Assembly: GCA_015680685.1 (NCBI GenBank)
Contig: MNCI01002794.1
Coordinates: 78,284-142,283, forward strand
From: Gnetum montanum
Taxonomy: Eukaryota; Plantae; Gnetophyta
DNA: 64,000 nt
Reading direction: 5' to 3'
A model generated the notes under the pieces. That model was not told the origin of the DNA and searched no databases. It saw only the letters and a program-made list of their open reading frames with translations. This document shows positions 39,059 to 51,800 of the stretch, piece by piece. Made by a program: the position numbers and the translations under genes. Each line of letters opens with the position of its first letter. Positions within the stretch are counted from its first letter, which is position 1.

Positions 39059-41432
39059 TGAAACACCATCAATTTTGGGACTTTCATGATTCAGTACAAT
39101 CCCGACATTTGGGCAAGGATCTCTGCAAGCATGGTATCACACTGGACTACGTGGTCAACATGGCACCTAGAAGTCCTAATGCTTGTGAATCCACTTTTGA
39201 GCTTGCCTATCACCCTCTATAGCACAGTCAACACAACACCTAGCCATGAGGCCAATTTTCATGAAAGAGGCACTAGGAGTAGATTGTACAGTCCGACAAA
39301 TTTTCTATCTCCCAGGCTAACAATTTTGCTACACTCTCTAGCTTGCCCATCTTGGCACATGACACAATCGATGGTTTACCTAGGGACCATGCTAGGAGCA
39401 ATCGAAGGTGTTTAGAATGCACTAAATAGTTTAGCAAGTTTTCTAATGGTGGGACCTGCTACTCTATGCTACGCTGCACAGCATAGAAGGCCATGTGATG
39501 ACCGATTAGACACAGTTGGTAAAAATTTAGTCTTCCATGGTGTCTACCTCACCTCATTCTTGAAGCATGATCAGCATGACACAAGATAATGTGACAAAAT
39601 TTCATCAAAAATCACCCCCATTTGAGTGCTACACTACATAGTGTAGTAGGGTGCTATTGAGACAATATTTCTACTCAGGTTGTTTTGACACAGGAAACGA
39701 AATTGCCCAAGCTTCAACCATCAAGAATGCTTGTCCTACTACCACTCTAGGACATGATCAACATCCCATGATAAAACATTTGCAAAAGCTAGTAAAACTT
39801 TTAGGCCAAATTAGGTGCCACACTATGCTACGCTACACAGTGTAGCATAGCATAGTAGGGTCAGAATGCACAAAGGTCCTCCATCAAGTTGTTCTAGGAA
39901 AAGACTATCACTTGGCCATGCTATGACCTCTAAGATTTCCTATCCCACTTAACCCTCGAGTCCTAATTAGAGCCTCTTGACAAATCATTATATATTAATC
40001 AAGAATTCATGTCACATTGGCTATTGTGCTATGCTACGCTACACAGCGTAGCAAGGACATTGAGGTTGATAATGTCCCAGAGATGAAACCAGGGAGTCTC
40101 AAGCTTCTTCAACATGAAAAGTTCAATGGATGTTTGCTGAGACAGCTTGCCTAGTTAGGCCTCATAAGGGAATTTTTGGTTCTTGGGCAAGGCTTGTCTC
40201 AAAACTGACTGCTACACTGCGCTATGCTACGCAGTGTAGCACAGGGTAGCATAGTGTAGTATGTGGGCATTCATGCTACTTCGCTACGCTAAGTAGTATA
40301 GGTAGCATAACACTTGTAAAGAAGCATCAAGATGTGTCCAATAGCTCCACTCATTGGTAAGGGTTATTTCCACTCCACCATCTCCTTGTTAGACAAGATC
40401 AACAATTTGCTTTATTTTGCACCCCCTATTGATTCCCAAAGTTGTTCCTATGCTTGACCCTATTCATAAGAGCAGGGAAGACATATTCTTGGAGCATAGG
40501 CTCCACTTTGCATTTGTCATTGGCATTTTATATAAAAAAACATGTCAGTTCCTTGGATTTTGGCGCATATAGTTTGAATGGTATGGTCACGACTTAGTAG
40601 TCTAGTACCCTAGCGTAACACTGCAGTGTAGCACATCAACATAACACTACAACATAGCACCATATGACATAGCACATTTACGCTTCATGCTATGTGGGAC
40701 CCAAGACACGTGGCATCAAAACTATGTCTTTCTCTTGCTCATGGCTCTATAAATACCCTAGTGAACAATGTTCAAGGAATTGGCTTTTCAATTTGGCTTT
40801 CTTGTGATTGGCTTCTAGAGATTGGCATTTTTTGCAATTGTCTTTCTGGAAATTGGCTTTGGAAAAGAGGTTGGCAAACAAAAGGTTGGCAAACAGAAAA
40901 TTCCAATAGTACCACTTCTCTGATCTCTCTTAGTCCAGCAAACACCTACTCATCAGTTCTTGTTAGCAGGCCATCGACAGCAATCCAGGAGTTGTGACCG
41001 CACTGTACCATTGTTAGTTGTGCCTATCTAGCACTGCACATCATTTGTACACTTCTATCAGCCAAACAAAAGTCCAATCCCCCAATTTTGGGGCAATGCA
41101 TTCTCTCACCCAAGCTCTTCTTTAATTTCATTACAATGTATATTTGCATTATAGTATATCGATTCAGGTTCATTTCTTAGTTACATAATTTGCTATGCTT
41201 CTACTATTCTGTGTGCTACATTTTCCTTCTTTCTAATCTCCACATGATACATTTTAAAACCATTGTTTACAAAAGGTTATTGTACACCATGTTAGTCCTT
41301 GTCTAATCAACTAGATTGTTCAGGGCACCCTGTTTTTGTTTTCTCTAGCACAACCCTTGCACAGATCTGGGGTTAGGTTGTGTGCTCAGTAACCTCTTGA
41401 TCTTCTAGCCACCAACATTTTCAAACATTACA
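39059..41432 (+). mobile_element. Solo LTR of family A
   Basis: TGAAACACC...CATTACA; perfect TSD CACAT (39054-39058, 41433-41437); the empty site is preserved in the duplicate at 42295-42420. Confidence 0.93.
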
Positions 41433-42292
41433 CACATTTTAGCATGACTACTTAAACATACTAAAAGCATGTGAAACTTCCCGAAAATTTTTATGTAGCA
41501 ACTTTTCTTTTGTACCTATTTAAGCATTTTTCAAATTTGTTTCTTATGTCTACTCAATCCTTTTTTTACCATTTCATTCTTTCTACACTTTCATGTTTTT
41601 ATCAACTACATGAGATAGCAAGGAGGAACAAGTGCATGTTGCTCCTTGTTTTTTATGCAACAATATGTTTAAGTAGTCATGCTTAAATTTTAAGAACTCT
41701 TAAATTTTTTCTCTATATCACTACTTGAAGGAAATGATCTTTGCAAGTCAGCAACCTTTTGCCTCTTCTTTAGTGGTTCAAACCACATCCCACTAATTCT
41801 TAATAGGTTCTAGCTAATGAACCCCCTGCTAGCTCTTCACAAAAATGATCTAGTTCACTAGAGTCATTAGCAAAGCACAACATGATTCTAAATATAGGTC
41901 TATGTCCTATCAACCATCTAGTTCATGTTGATTCTCCTAGTTTAGTAGAATCATTTTACCAAACCAAGCTTTTTGATCTAGTAGAAGAACTCCATGTAGA
42001 TTACAATCATCAAGTAGATGAATAGCTTCACCAACGACATGATGTTCATACTAGGAGATGGACCCCTCTTGTCTTCAAATTGGATTTTAGTCCTTCCACT
42101 AAATCCTTGAATGTTAGGGCACTCCTAAATCCTATACTTGCTCAACTTAGCCAAAAAGATTTGAGTCTCTAGAACATCATTCCAAATGCAATTTCCTACT
42201 AAAAGAGTCTATGAAAACCTTGTTATTTCCTCATTAGAAACAAATTCAAGTGCAACATCCCATTCCCATCTTAGCTAGAATGAGTGGGGCCT

Positions 42293-42560
42293 ATTTTTAT
42301 TATTAGAAGTACTGGGGTTTAATTATTTTATAATATGGGACACTATATATTCTCATCCAGCACTTGTTGCTCCTTGCACATTTAAGCATGGCTACTTAAA
42401 CATACTGAAGAGGGGTGAAACTTCCCAAAACCTTTTTATGTAGCAGCATTGCTATTGTACCTATTTTATCTTTTTTCAAATTTTTTTCTTATGTCTACTT
42501 AACCCTTTTTCTATTCTTTCATTCCTTCTACCTTTCTATTTTTTTTCAACTGCATGAGAT
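42293..42560. repeat. Duplicate of 38973-39058 + 41438-41615 (unclassified small repeat)
   Basis: ttattattagaagta...cacttgttgctccttgcacatt..agcatg.ctacttaaacatact present at both sites. Confidence 0.85.
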
Positions 42561-42567
42561 CAAAGTA

Positions 42568-42650
42568 AAATTTTAAGTACCCTTAGAATTTTAAGGACCC
42601 TAACTTTGAATTACCCTTAAAATTTTAAGTACCCTAAAATTTTAAGTACA
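42568..42650. repeat. Minisatellite AAATTTTAAGTACCCT, ~5 copies
   Basis: Direct reading of the sequence. Confidence 0.8.
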
Positions 42651-42670
42651 CTTTGATACTCATCACTCAC

Positions 42671-43516
42671 TATCAATTATAAGACAGAAAGGAGAGGTTG
42701 GGTTATTACTATGGTTAGTGGACCAAATAAGGAGAAAGATGTTTATGTAGGTATCTGGGGCACAAATAGAGGAAAGGGGCTATGCAACCTCTAGGTTACA
42801 TAGAGTCCCATGGTGGATCCCACTTGGCTAGTCAATAGGTTGGTAGTTGTGACAACCACCAATGAAGGTTGTACGGATCATGGCTAGGTGGAAAAGGGCA
42901 TGGAGAAATGAGCAGTGATTGATTGTAGCATCAATTATGTTTGGTGTGCAACAATGACTAGTGTAGGACTAAACATGGTTAGATAAGGTAGGGATGAAGG
43001 TGGTGGGACATGCTCGATGGAAGAGATAAAGGGGGTGAAGGTGGACCTTGTTATCATAAGGGTGGATTGTTGGAAAAGTGCACCCAAGATATTTTTGGGC
43101 TTAGATTTTGCCCTAACATCATCTTCCTTCTCTAGCTATCCATTTGAGGTAGCATTCTAGTCTTATTTCCCTATGTTAATCTGGTGGGCTAGGATGCTAG
43201 CATAGATGTTAGTGAGGGGTATTTGGCCATACAAGGAGGAAATATGCTTCTTCCCATTGCAATGTATGAGTTCAAGCTTCTTCTTGGCTTTTGGTTCCAT
43301 GCACAGAATCAACATGATAGCCTAGCACTTGGTACAAATGAAGTTGTAGTGCTCTTCATTTATTACCAAGAACCCAAGGCTTTACCTCCTAAGTCTCAAA
43401 GACTATCTACATTTGGCTATGGTATGGTCCTTGAGATCATATCTCCTTACAGCTTGTTGGTCAAACCCATTTTTAATGAAATCGAAGGGCAACTTGGTTG
43501 ATTATTGGAAAGACAT
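42671..43516 (-). pseudogene. N-terminal, Pro/Gln-rich part of the element B gag ORF
   Basis: Lies between the B 5' UTR and the CTCAC TSD that rejoins it to 29664; ATGTCTTTC start shared with fragment C (~16583); heavily degenerate. Confidence 0.55.
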
Positions 43517-44155
43517 GACTATGATGCTAAAAAGCTAGGTATAGGCTATAAATATATGGTCAATAGTGTATAGTCTAGCAAGTGGAAATGAGAAAAAGTT
43601 AAAAATGGTAAAAATGGACAAAATAAGTCACTTACTATAAATAGTAAAGGGCTTTCCAAAAGGGGCATTATACTTTACCAAATATGGTAAGTGGCAATAT
43701 CAACCTTACCCACATTGGGTTTCCTAGTTATACCTATGCTGGGTGTAGTAGGGGGAAAGAAAGAGGGTGACATAGGTAGATCCCATACCTTTGTATCCAA
43801 CATTGGTGAGAGGGGGTTTACTTTTTCAAAATTTATTTTTACCACTAAAATGGATTAGAAATAGGTTTTAGAATGGCTATCAAGACTAAATAATGAATTT
43901 TGATAGCAAAAAGTGAAATGCTTTTATCAATGCATCAACATTGGCTTTGGCCATGAAATTCACAATAGGTGTTGCAAAAATTCAAAACACAAACACCTAT
44001 AGCTTCCATGTTGAAGTTTCTATTATAGGGGAATGAGTAGCAGCATTGTTTGATGCAAAGATTCAAAGGTTTCAAAGCAAAAGATTGTAAATTTCAAGAT
44101 GATATGTAATGTAGGCAATGATGGTCATAGGATTGGATGTAGAAATTGAATAGAG

Positions 44156-44173
44156 GCCCTCCTTCTAGTGCTA
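44156..44173 (-). promoter_or_regulatory. PBS (tRNA-Asn type) of element B
   Basis: tagcactagaaggagggc on minus, next to the LTR end. Confidence 0.8.
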
Positions 44174-44179
44174 GAAAAC

Positions 44180-45614
44180 TATTGCGATTGGAAAATTTGA
44201 TCATTGAAAAATCAAAAGTCTCATGTAGTAACCTCAATCAAAAATAGCTGGGGCCTCTAGAAAATGGGATTCCAGATGCCCTAGATGGTTTGGCAGATCA
44301 TCTAGGGACTTAGAAAATGCAAAATGAATAACAAAAATAGGAGAAATGTAGATTTGAATAACCAGAAGAAAATACAAATTGCACATAAAACTAAAATCTT
44401 AAAACTTTATTAAAAAATAAAAAATGAGTTCAAGGAATGTGTACAAGAAATTCCCATATTAGAGCAAAAGGAGGTTCACATGGATGAGGGTTCAGAGTCT
44501 ACTAAAGCCTATGAAATCCACTTCATGAGTCAAATGCTCTACCACTCTCAATGTTATCAAAACCTCCTCTACTACTACTCCAGATTTTCAACATTGGTTA
44601 TTGTTGGGGGTGAAAAGTATGGAGGACTTAGGCTCCTAGGATGCTCCACACTAGGAGTTGAGAATCCCAAGGATGCAACATAGAAGCCACAAACTCACAA
44701 ATTCCATGGGGGTATGGAGATCACAATGCTACAATGGTTTCATGCTGAGGAGATTTGAGAACCTACATTGGTGTAAGAGCTCTTAGATCCTAAGATGCTA
44801 ATGCTCATTATGTAAAAAATTATGCAAACTCCAAAATGGTGTGGGGATTTGGTTTTTATAGGTTTTTGGCCTTCAATTTTGCTACAAACTGGCTGCAAAT
44901 GGCTAATAGATTAGCTCCAAATTTCTGTAAGTTTATACCATGTACAAGTAAGGTGCATGACCAAATTTTGGTGGAAGGGAGCATTTACTATATATGGAAA
45001 ATGCCATATCCCCATGGCCACTCTATTTACTATAAATAGTAATAGGGGCACACCATTCACATTGGCTTTGTTCTACCACACTGGGTCTTCTACCATCCTT
45101 TCTAGAGTACATGGTGAACATTGAAGTTAATGAAGTGTTGAAATTTGGTGCATGTGGCTTCTATGATAGGAGATGGTGTCAACATTAGGGTGGGAGGAAG
45201 GCTATACCCCTCCACATTGGGGGTTGGTGAGATCTACCCCTCCACATTGGGGATAGGTGAGATCTACCCCTCTACATTGGGGGTAAGTGAACTACACCTT
45301 TCATGCATGCATTTCCAACATAGAAAGTCTTTTACCCTTCATAAAACCCATCAAATTGGCATTTTTGATATTCCAAAAGGTATTTTTGACATCATCCAAG
45401 CCCAAATATAGATAGTACATGACTTTTTACACTTGGGAGATGAGGCTTTGACTACTTATGAGGCATCGTTTAGCCCTTAAAGTATGAGATACATTAGATT
45501 GACCCTTATGAGCTACAATCTTCACATTTTCAATGAAGTTTTACCTTGGGTTTCATGGGGTGAAGGTTAAATGATGAAAAATGATTACAACATGCAAATT
45601 TTGGTAGTGTTAAA
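44180..45614 (-). repeat. 5' LTR of element B
   Basis: Homologous to 12305-13545; 30-bp tandem repeat (tacccctccacattggg) x3 at ~45203-45290; TATA-like cctataaaaa at ~44853-44862. Confidence 0.87.
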
Positions 45615-48311
45615 CTATCTACAACTAAGTCCATGACATTTATAAGATAAGTGAAAAAATAACTACCATATCATAACTTGACTTCATACTACATGAACTA
45701 GAGATATATAATCATAATCAATAATATGAAGTAATGCTCTATGTGAACTTCCCATAAAAATACATTTCAAAAATGAACACTGTATAACTTATGAATTTAC
45801 CAAATGATCTCTATCTAATGAAGCCAATATTAAAATTTAATAGAATATGATGGTGAGTGATTTTTCTACTTTTTAAAAAATTTATGAACTATTTTTGTCA
45901 CTTTAAATGATTCCTAAAATATCAAGAAAATAATTAGAGATATCAGGTGTTATACTAACTTTACATTTTTATATGTAAGTTAGAGTTTCAGCTACATTAA
46001 CATCTTTAATAGCTTAACTCTTCTCAAAAGGCCTCATTTTTTACTTCTACATAATTGGTAATGCCTTTCTTGATCACCATCTCCAAAAAGCCTTAGATTT
46101 GATGAGTCACTTTACTTATGATATCACTTTGATCTTTTCCTTTTCATTCTTAGTTTTGACATCTAACACCATCTTCTACATTGATCCTAGGTCATAGTTT
46201 CAACATTAGCTTTGATATTATTCTTAATGTCTGACATCATTTAATATTTTAATTTTTAACATCACATTTATACATTGACCACATTTCGACATTAACTTCA
46301 ACAACTTACATCATTTCTTCTATTCAAAAGCTTCTAAAATTTTTTGTGGTCTCTAATGCATTGTTTCTTAGTTATCAAAAAGCATTTCTAGCCTATAAAT
46401 AGGAACATACCCTTATTTAAAAGGGATTGAATCACTTATAGAAAAATAAAATTTTGAAAAGAACAATTTTAGTGATAATTCCTTTTTTAAGCATCAAAAC
46501 CTCTTAAGTGTTTTTAGTTATTTCAAAGCTTCTAATTTCCATTTATCTTTTCCCTAATAGAACATATTATATTTTCATTATGTTTTCCTCCTAACTTATG
46601 ATGATTTCATTCAAATACGAATCTATTCATCGATCAAGTTTAACCCTTTCTTTATCTTTCCATCTTTGCATATGTAATAGTTTTATTTCATGAATGAGTT
46701 TTTATCAGGTGCATGCATTAGAGAAACATAGAGTAACATAGATCCTTAGCCACTATCTCTAATCCAAAATCTAATTTTCAAGATCATTGTTTCACTTGTT
46801 CAAGCTCTTTTCTACTTGTTTTTTGAGTTTTATCATTATAGAACTCATGTATATTCTACTTTGTTACATTTGATTTAAGAATAAAATTCACTTTTTAAAT
46901 TTCTAGATCAAACATCTAGTACATTGTAGACTCTATCATATCTTTACTTTTCCATGTGATATTCTAATGAATTGATCTATCTTTTCTCTAATATTTTTGT
47001 TTCACTTACATGAAATAGCAATAACTTATTTACATTTACATCTAAATTTATAGCAATTAACAATATTGCATTATTGCCATTTTTGTTCAATTTCCGTATC
47101 TATATTATGCATAAACATAACTGTGTGATCTATAAATCCTCATTCAATTTGAGGATACATCTTCAAATTGTTTAATGGCAATAAAATGGTTGGATTGTTT
47201 TGTGAAAAGTTTTTGGAAATTCAGTTACAATGATTTTCATCATAACATCTTTTTGGTGCTATAAGGAGGGTTGATTCAATAAGAAGTAGGCTATATTTCC
47301 GTAGGATCTTCCTATTAGAATACTTAAGTTATTTTTAATGCATCATCTTATAACTTTTATTTCCATATCAATACTCTTTGTTAAAACATTGTTTGGTCAT
47401 AACCTACCTCATTTAACTTCTTTTTTCTCCAGTCCATTAGTAATAGTCCTATATATCTTTAGGATTACAAGAAGACCATTTCATGTCATAGCATCATCAT
47501 TAAATATTGATTTTTCATGCTCCAAATACTTCATTAAATAAGATGAAACTAGGAATTCTATGAAGGACTATGCTAGGGAGACTATAATATAACTTTTCTT
47601 AAAAGAGAACTTGGTTATGTACATTCCCTAAAAATGCTAAGAATAATGCTGCAATATGAAACTACTAATGAATTGCCTTCTTAACTTTTTGATCCAAATA
47701 ATCTTATTGAGATAAATTCCAATGAAGCAAAAGAAGTTCTTGAATTTATTATGTAATCAAGAAAATATATAGATTTACCTACAAATTGGAGAAGTTAGAA
47801 AAAAGGCCATCCATAATCAATTTCTTAATCCTAACATTACTCTTAGAAAAAATAGAAAAATCATAAGCTTAGAATTTGATGTTTATTTTAATGATGATAA
47901 TGAAGAATTGTTAGCTAAGGCCCTAAATAAATCCAACCCTCTATCATATCACATGCATAATATCAATGATACTTCTGAACATGTTTCTTTGCTTAGATCT
48001 CTTCCTCTTAATATTAAGGACTCTAGCCTTAGCCTTCAAGTCAGCTTTATTTTCTTGTCATGTAACCTCTTTTCTTCCAATAATGCTAATAATTCATGTT
48101 CATTCTTGTAGTCCCTAATCTTGTTTATTGGGTATTCATATTTTGTTCCTTAGCCCCAATCCACTATTTCATCATTTCCTTGCATTCCAACTTCTACTAT
48201 TACTGCTTCTTCCTTTTTTAGTACTATTGAGCCCAATTACATGCAACCTACTTCTATATATCCTCCTAATTCTATTTCACTAGGCTTGCCTATCTCAATA
48301 CCATATGAACC

Positions 48312-48315
<4 letters not shown>

Positions 48316-48353
<38 letters not shown>

Positions 48354-48361
48354 GTATGTAT
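48316..48361. repeat. (TA)n(TATG)n microsatellite
   Basis: Direct reading of the sequence. Confidence 0.95.
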
Positions 48362-48872
48362 TTTATGACTTCCTTGTAATAGTTATTACCTACTTTTATA
48401 AAGAATTTTAAGTTCAGTGTACATTAAAGCAATAGTCTTATGTCTTTTGTGGTAATTAAGCAACCTCCTAATTAGCCTATTAATAAATTCATATTTTTAT
48501 GGACAATAGCATCTACTAAGTTACCATATCTCTTATAGAAATGTCACCTTCAAGATATTTTTGAAACTATAGTTAGTGGATACATTTAGAAGACAATGGC
48601 TTATCCTAAACTCTATTCTCTAAATTATGCTTTCTGAGATACCAAGTACATTAAAGAAGTTGAAATTCAACATGCTAACAAAGAATTACTATCAATATAG
48701 AATGAAGCTAAGAGTGTTATAAAAAAGGAAAAAGGATAGCTGCCATCAAAAAGTGTCTCTCCTATTTTACAATGATAAAATAGTGCTCCTCAACCTTCTG
48801 CATCTCCTTCACTTTATTAATCTAGGAGTTAAAAGTATAAGGACCAATATACTAAAATCCCCATGAGGTAAT

Positions 48873-51800
48873 AGAGGATTTTTGAACTTAGAGAGGGGGG
48901 AAGATGAATAAGTGGCCCAATTTCAAACTTAAAGATATACACACACTTAATGATTCCAACAAGCTCAAGCACATCAACCCCGCAGGGCAATAAGAACATG
49001 AATTACAAGGAATAATTACAACTTAGTTTGATGATCCTTTTATAGTTAGGTACAACACACTTTACAATGCCAAAATGATAAGACAATGAGAAGCAATAGA
49101 GAATTCGATGATTACAAATGATTATCCAATGAACACAACAAGGCTTTCTCTTTTTCCAATGCACATCAAGTCTTCTTATAGTTGATGTATTTTTAAATCC
49201 ATCTTAGAACTCATGTAATGGCTATACAGTGGTCACTAATGATCATGGGAGATGTCTTATTCATGCCTAAGACATCTCTCTAAATTTGACTTCAATTCTA
49301 GGAAGACCTTTTATTTTGTGAAAGATGTCTTTTTTAAGTTTCCATTCTGGAAGATGTCTTTGTCTTGTGGAAGATGTCTTTCTAGTACTAGCCTTCATTC
49401 AGTGAAGACATATTTCTAGTATTAACCTTCATTTGGTGAAGACATCTTTTTGTGATGAAGACACCTTTGCCCAGAGAAAGACATCTATTGCTTCTTGAAG
49501 ATGTTTTTTCCTGAAACCAATTCAATTCTACCAAGACATCTATTGTTTCTCAAAGTTGTGTTTCTTTATCTTCCTTTTCATGCCAAGAATTTTGTTATTT
49601 CTTAGAGACATCTTTCTTCATATTCCTACATGATGAATCCTTCATTCCTTGCCCACGGCCTTGCTCAATTTTGTCTTGTAAGCATAATAATCATAGATAT
49701 GAAAACAAACTTATCTTTCATTTTTCTTAATGTTTTGACATACCAAAACCAAAAGTTCCATAATCTCTTCCTCTTTGGTAATGTCCAAAACTTAAGAAAA
49801 TGGGTTAGTCTTGTTCCAATAATAAAAATACTACTTACTTCTCCCATTTTTTGGACATAACTAAAAAGGTAAGGCAAACTACCCCTAAGTAGATGCATAG
49901 TGAAAAGAAAATATTTTTGGTATTTTGGATTTGTTATTTTTGTTTATTTTTTTTATTTAGAGTAATAATAGAATGAATGAAAATATTCACATGACAAGAT
50001 AAGGTCATATCCTGATATCCTTGCATAGTGATGTCAATCGATGTTCATCTAAGGGTTTTCTGAAGGCATCAGCTAGTTAACTTTTAGTTCCAATCAACTC
50101 TAGTATGACATGACCATGTTGTGTATGCTCTCATATGAAATGATGGAAAATATTAATATGTTTGATATGAGAATGTTGGATTGGATTCTTGGTTATGTTG
50201 ATGGCACTCTTGTTATCACAGTAAATAGGAGTTGATTCTACATTTACTCCCAGATCTTTGAGAGTCTCCTTCTTCTAATGTAATTGAGAATAACAACTAC
50301 CAACAAATATGTATTCAACTTCTACAATTTAAATATCTATAGAGCTTTACTTATTTATTATTTAGAAAAAAATACTTCTTCCAAAAAAGAAATAATTACC
50401 ACTCATGATATGATGATCATTAGAATATCCTACCCAATTTGCATCATAATAACTAACAAGATCAAGGGAGGAATCCTTTGGATACCAAAGGCTCCACTTA
50501 GTAGTACCTTTTAAGTAGTGAAAGTTTCATTTAATAGACTAGTAGTGAGAATTTGTTGGAGTTGATTGATATCTAGCACACAATCCAACACTTAAAGCTA
50601 TATCTGGTCAACTTGTAGTTATATCAAAAAGACTACCAATCATATCTCTATAAAGCTTGGGATTGACTGGTTTACCTTGATCATCTTTAACAAGTTTAGA
50701 ATTTGTAGCCATTAGAGTACCTTTAACTTTAACATTAGCCAAGATGTATTTTAGTAGAAAAACTTTTACATACTTGGTTAGACATAAAAATGTTTTATCA
50801 ATTGTCTAATAGATCTAAAACCCAAGAAATTTCTTGAGTTCTCCCATCATGCTTATTTCAAATTTGGATTGCAAGAGATCAAAAAACTTCTTGCAAAGGA
50901 TTTCATTAGTGGTACCAAAAATAATATCATCAACATATATTTGAATAATTAAAAGATCTTTTCGTTCTCTTTTAATAAATAGTGTAACTTTAACCTTACC
51001 TCTTTCAAACCCATTAGATATGAGATGTTGGAAAAGTATTTCATACCAAGCTCTTGGAGCTTGTTTAAGACCATAGAAAGCCTTCTTAAGTTTGTAGACA
51101 TAATCAGTCTTGATGGAATCAACAACACTTCAAGTTGTTCAATATAAGCTTTTTCTTGTATGGTTCCATTTAGAAATGCACTTTTGACATCCATTTGATA
51201 AAGCTTGATTTTTTGATACTTGCATATGCAAGAAGAAGTCTAATAGATTCTAGCCTAGCAATAGGAGCAAAATTTTCATCAAAGTCTATTCCTTCTTGTT
51301 GGTTATATCCTTTAGCAACTAATCTGTTCTTGTTCTTTATGATGTTTCCATTTTCATTAGTATTATTTCTAAAGATCAATTTATTCACAATAATAGGTCT
51401 GTTAGTAGGCCTAGATGTTAATTCCCATACATCATTTCTAGCAAATTGAATAAGTTCTTTTTGCATAGTTGAAATTCACCCTTCCTCTCTTTTAGCTTCC
51501 TTAAAATTTTTGGGTTTAAGCTGTGAAAGATATGTGGAGAAGGCACAAATATCCTTAATTTGGCTTCTAGTACAAGAAAATTCTTGAACTTCTCTAATTA
51601 TATCATTAATAGAGAGATTTTTGCTAAGTCTGGGCATTTTTGGTAGAGTGGAAGATATTTCTTGATCATCATCATTTTCTTCCTCTCCATGTTCACTAGT
51701 AGATTCTGAATTCTTGTCATCTTGTACTAAAGTTGGGTTGGATAATTTCTAAATGGAAATAGCTTTGTCATTAGGTTGAGGACAAGTAATGTGATAGTCA

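Larger units (their letters stand above)
29665..42665 (-). mobile_element. Element D: Athila-like (non-chromovirus, no additional RNase H) Ty3/gypsy element inserted in B gag; gag and most of the 5' LTR deleted
   Basis: TSD CTCAC at 29660-29664 and 42666-42670; 3' LTR 29665-30596; only ~17 bp of 5' LTR left (cactttgatactcatca vs caccttgacactcatca). Confidence 0.82.
12305..45614 (-). mobile_element. Element B: full-length Tat/Ogre-like Ty3/gypsy element with nested insertions
   Basis: Homologous LTRs 44180-45614 and 12305-13545; TSD CTATC at 12300-12304 and 45615-45619; PBS 44156-44173; PPT-like aaagagatg beside the 3' LTR; gag-PR, RT, additional RNase H and integrase remnants inside. Confidence 0.85.
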
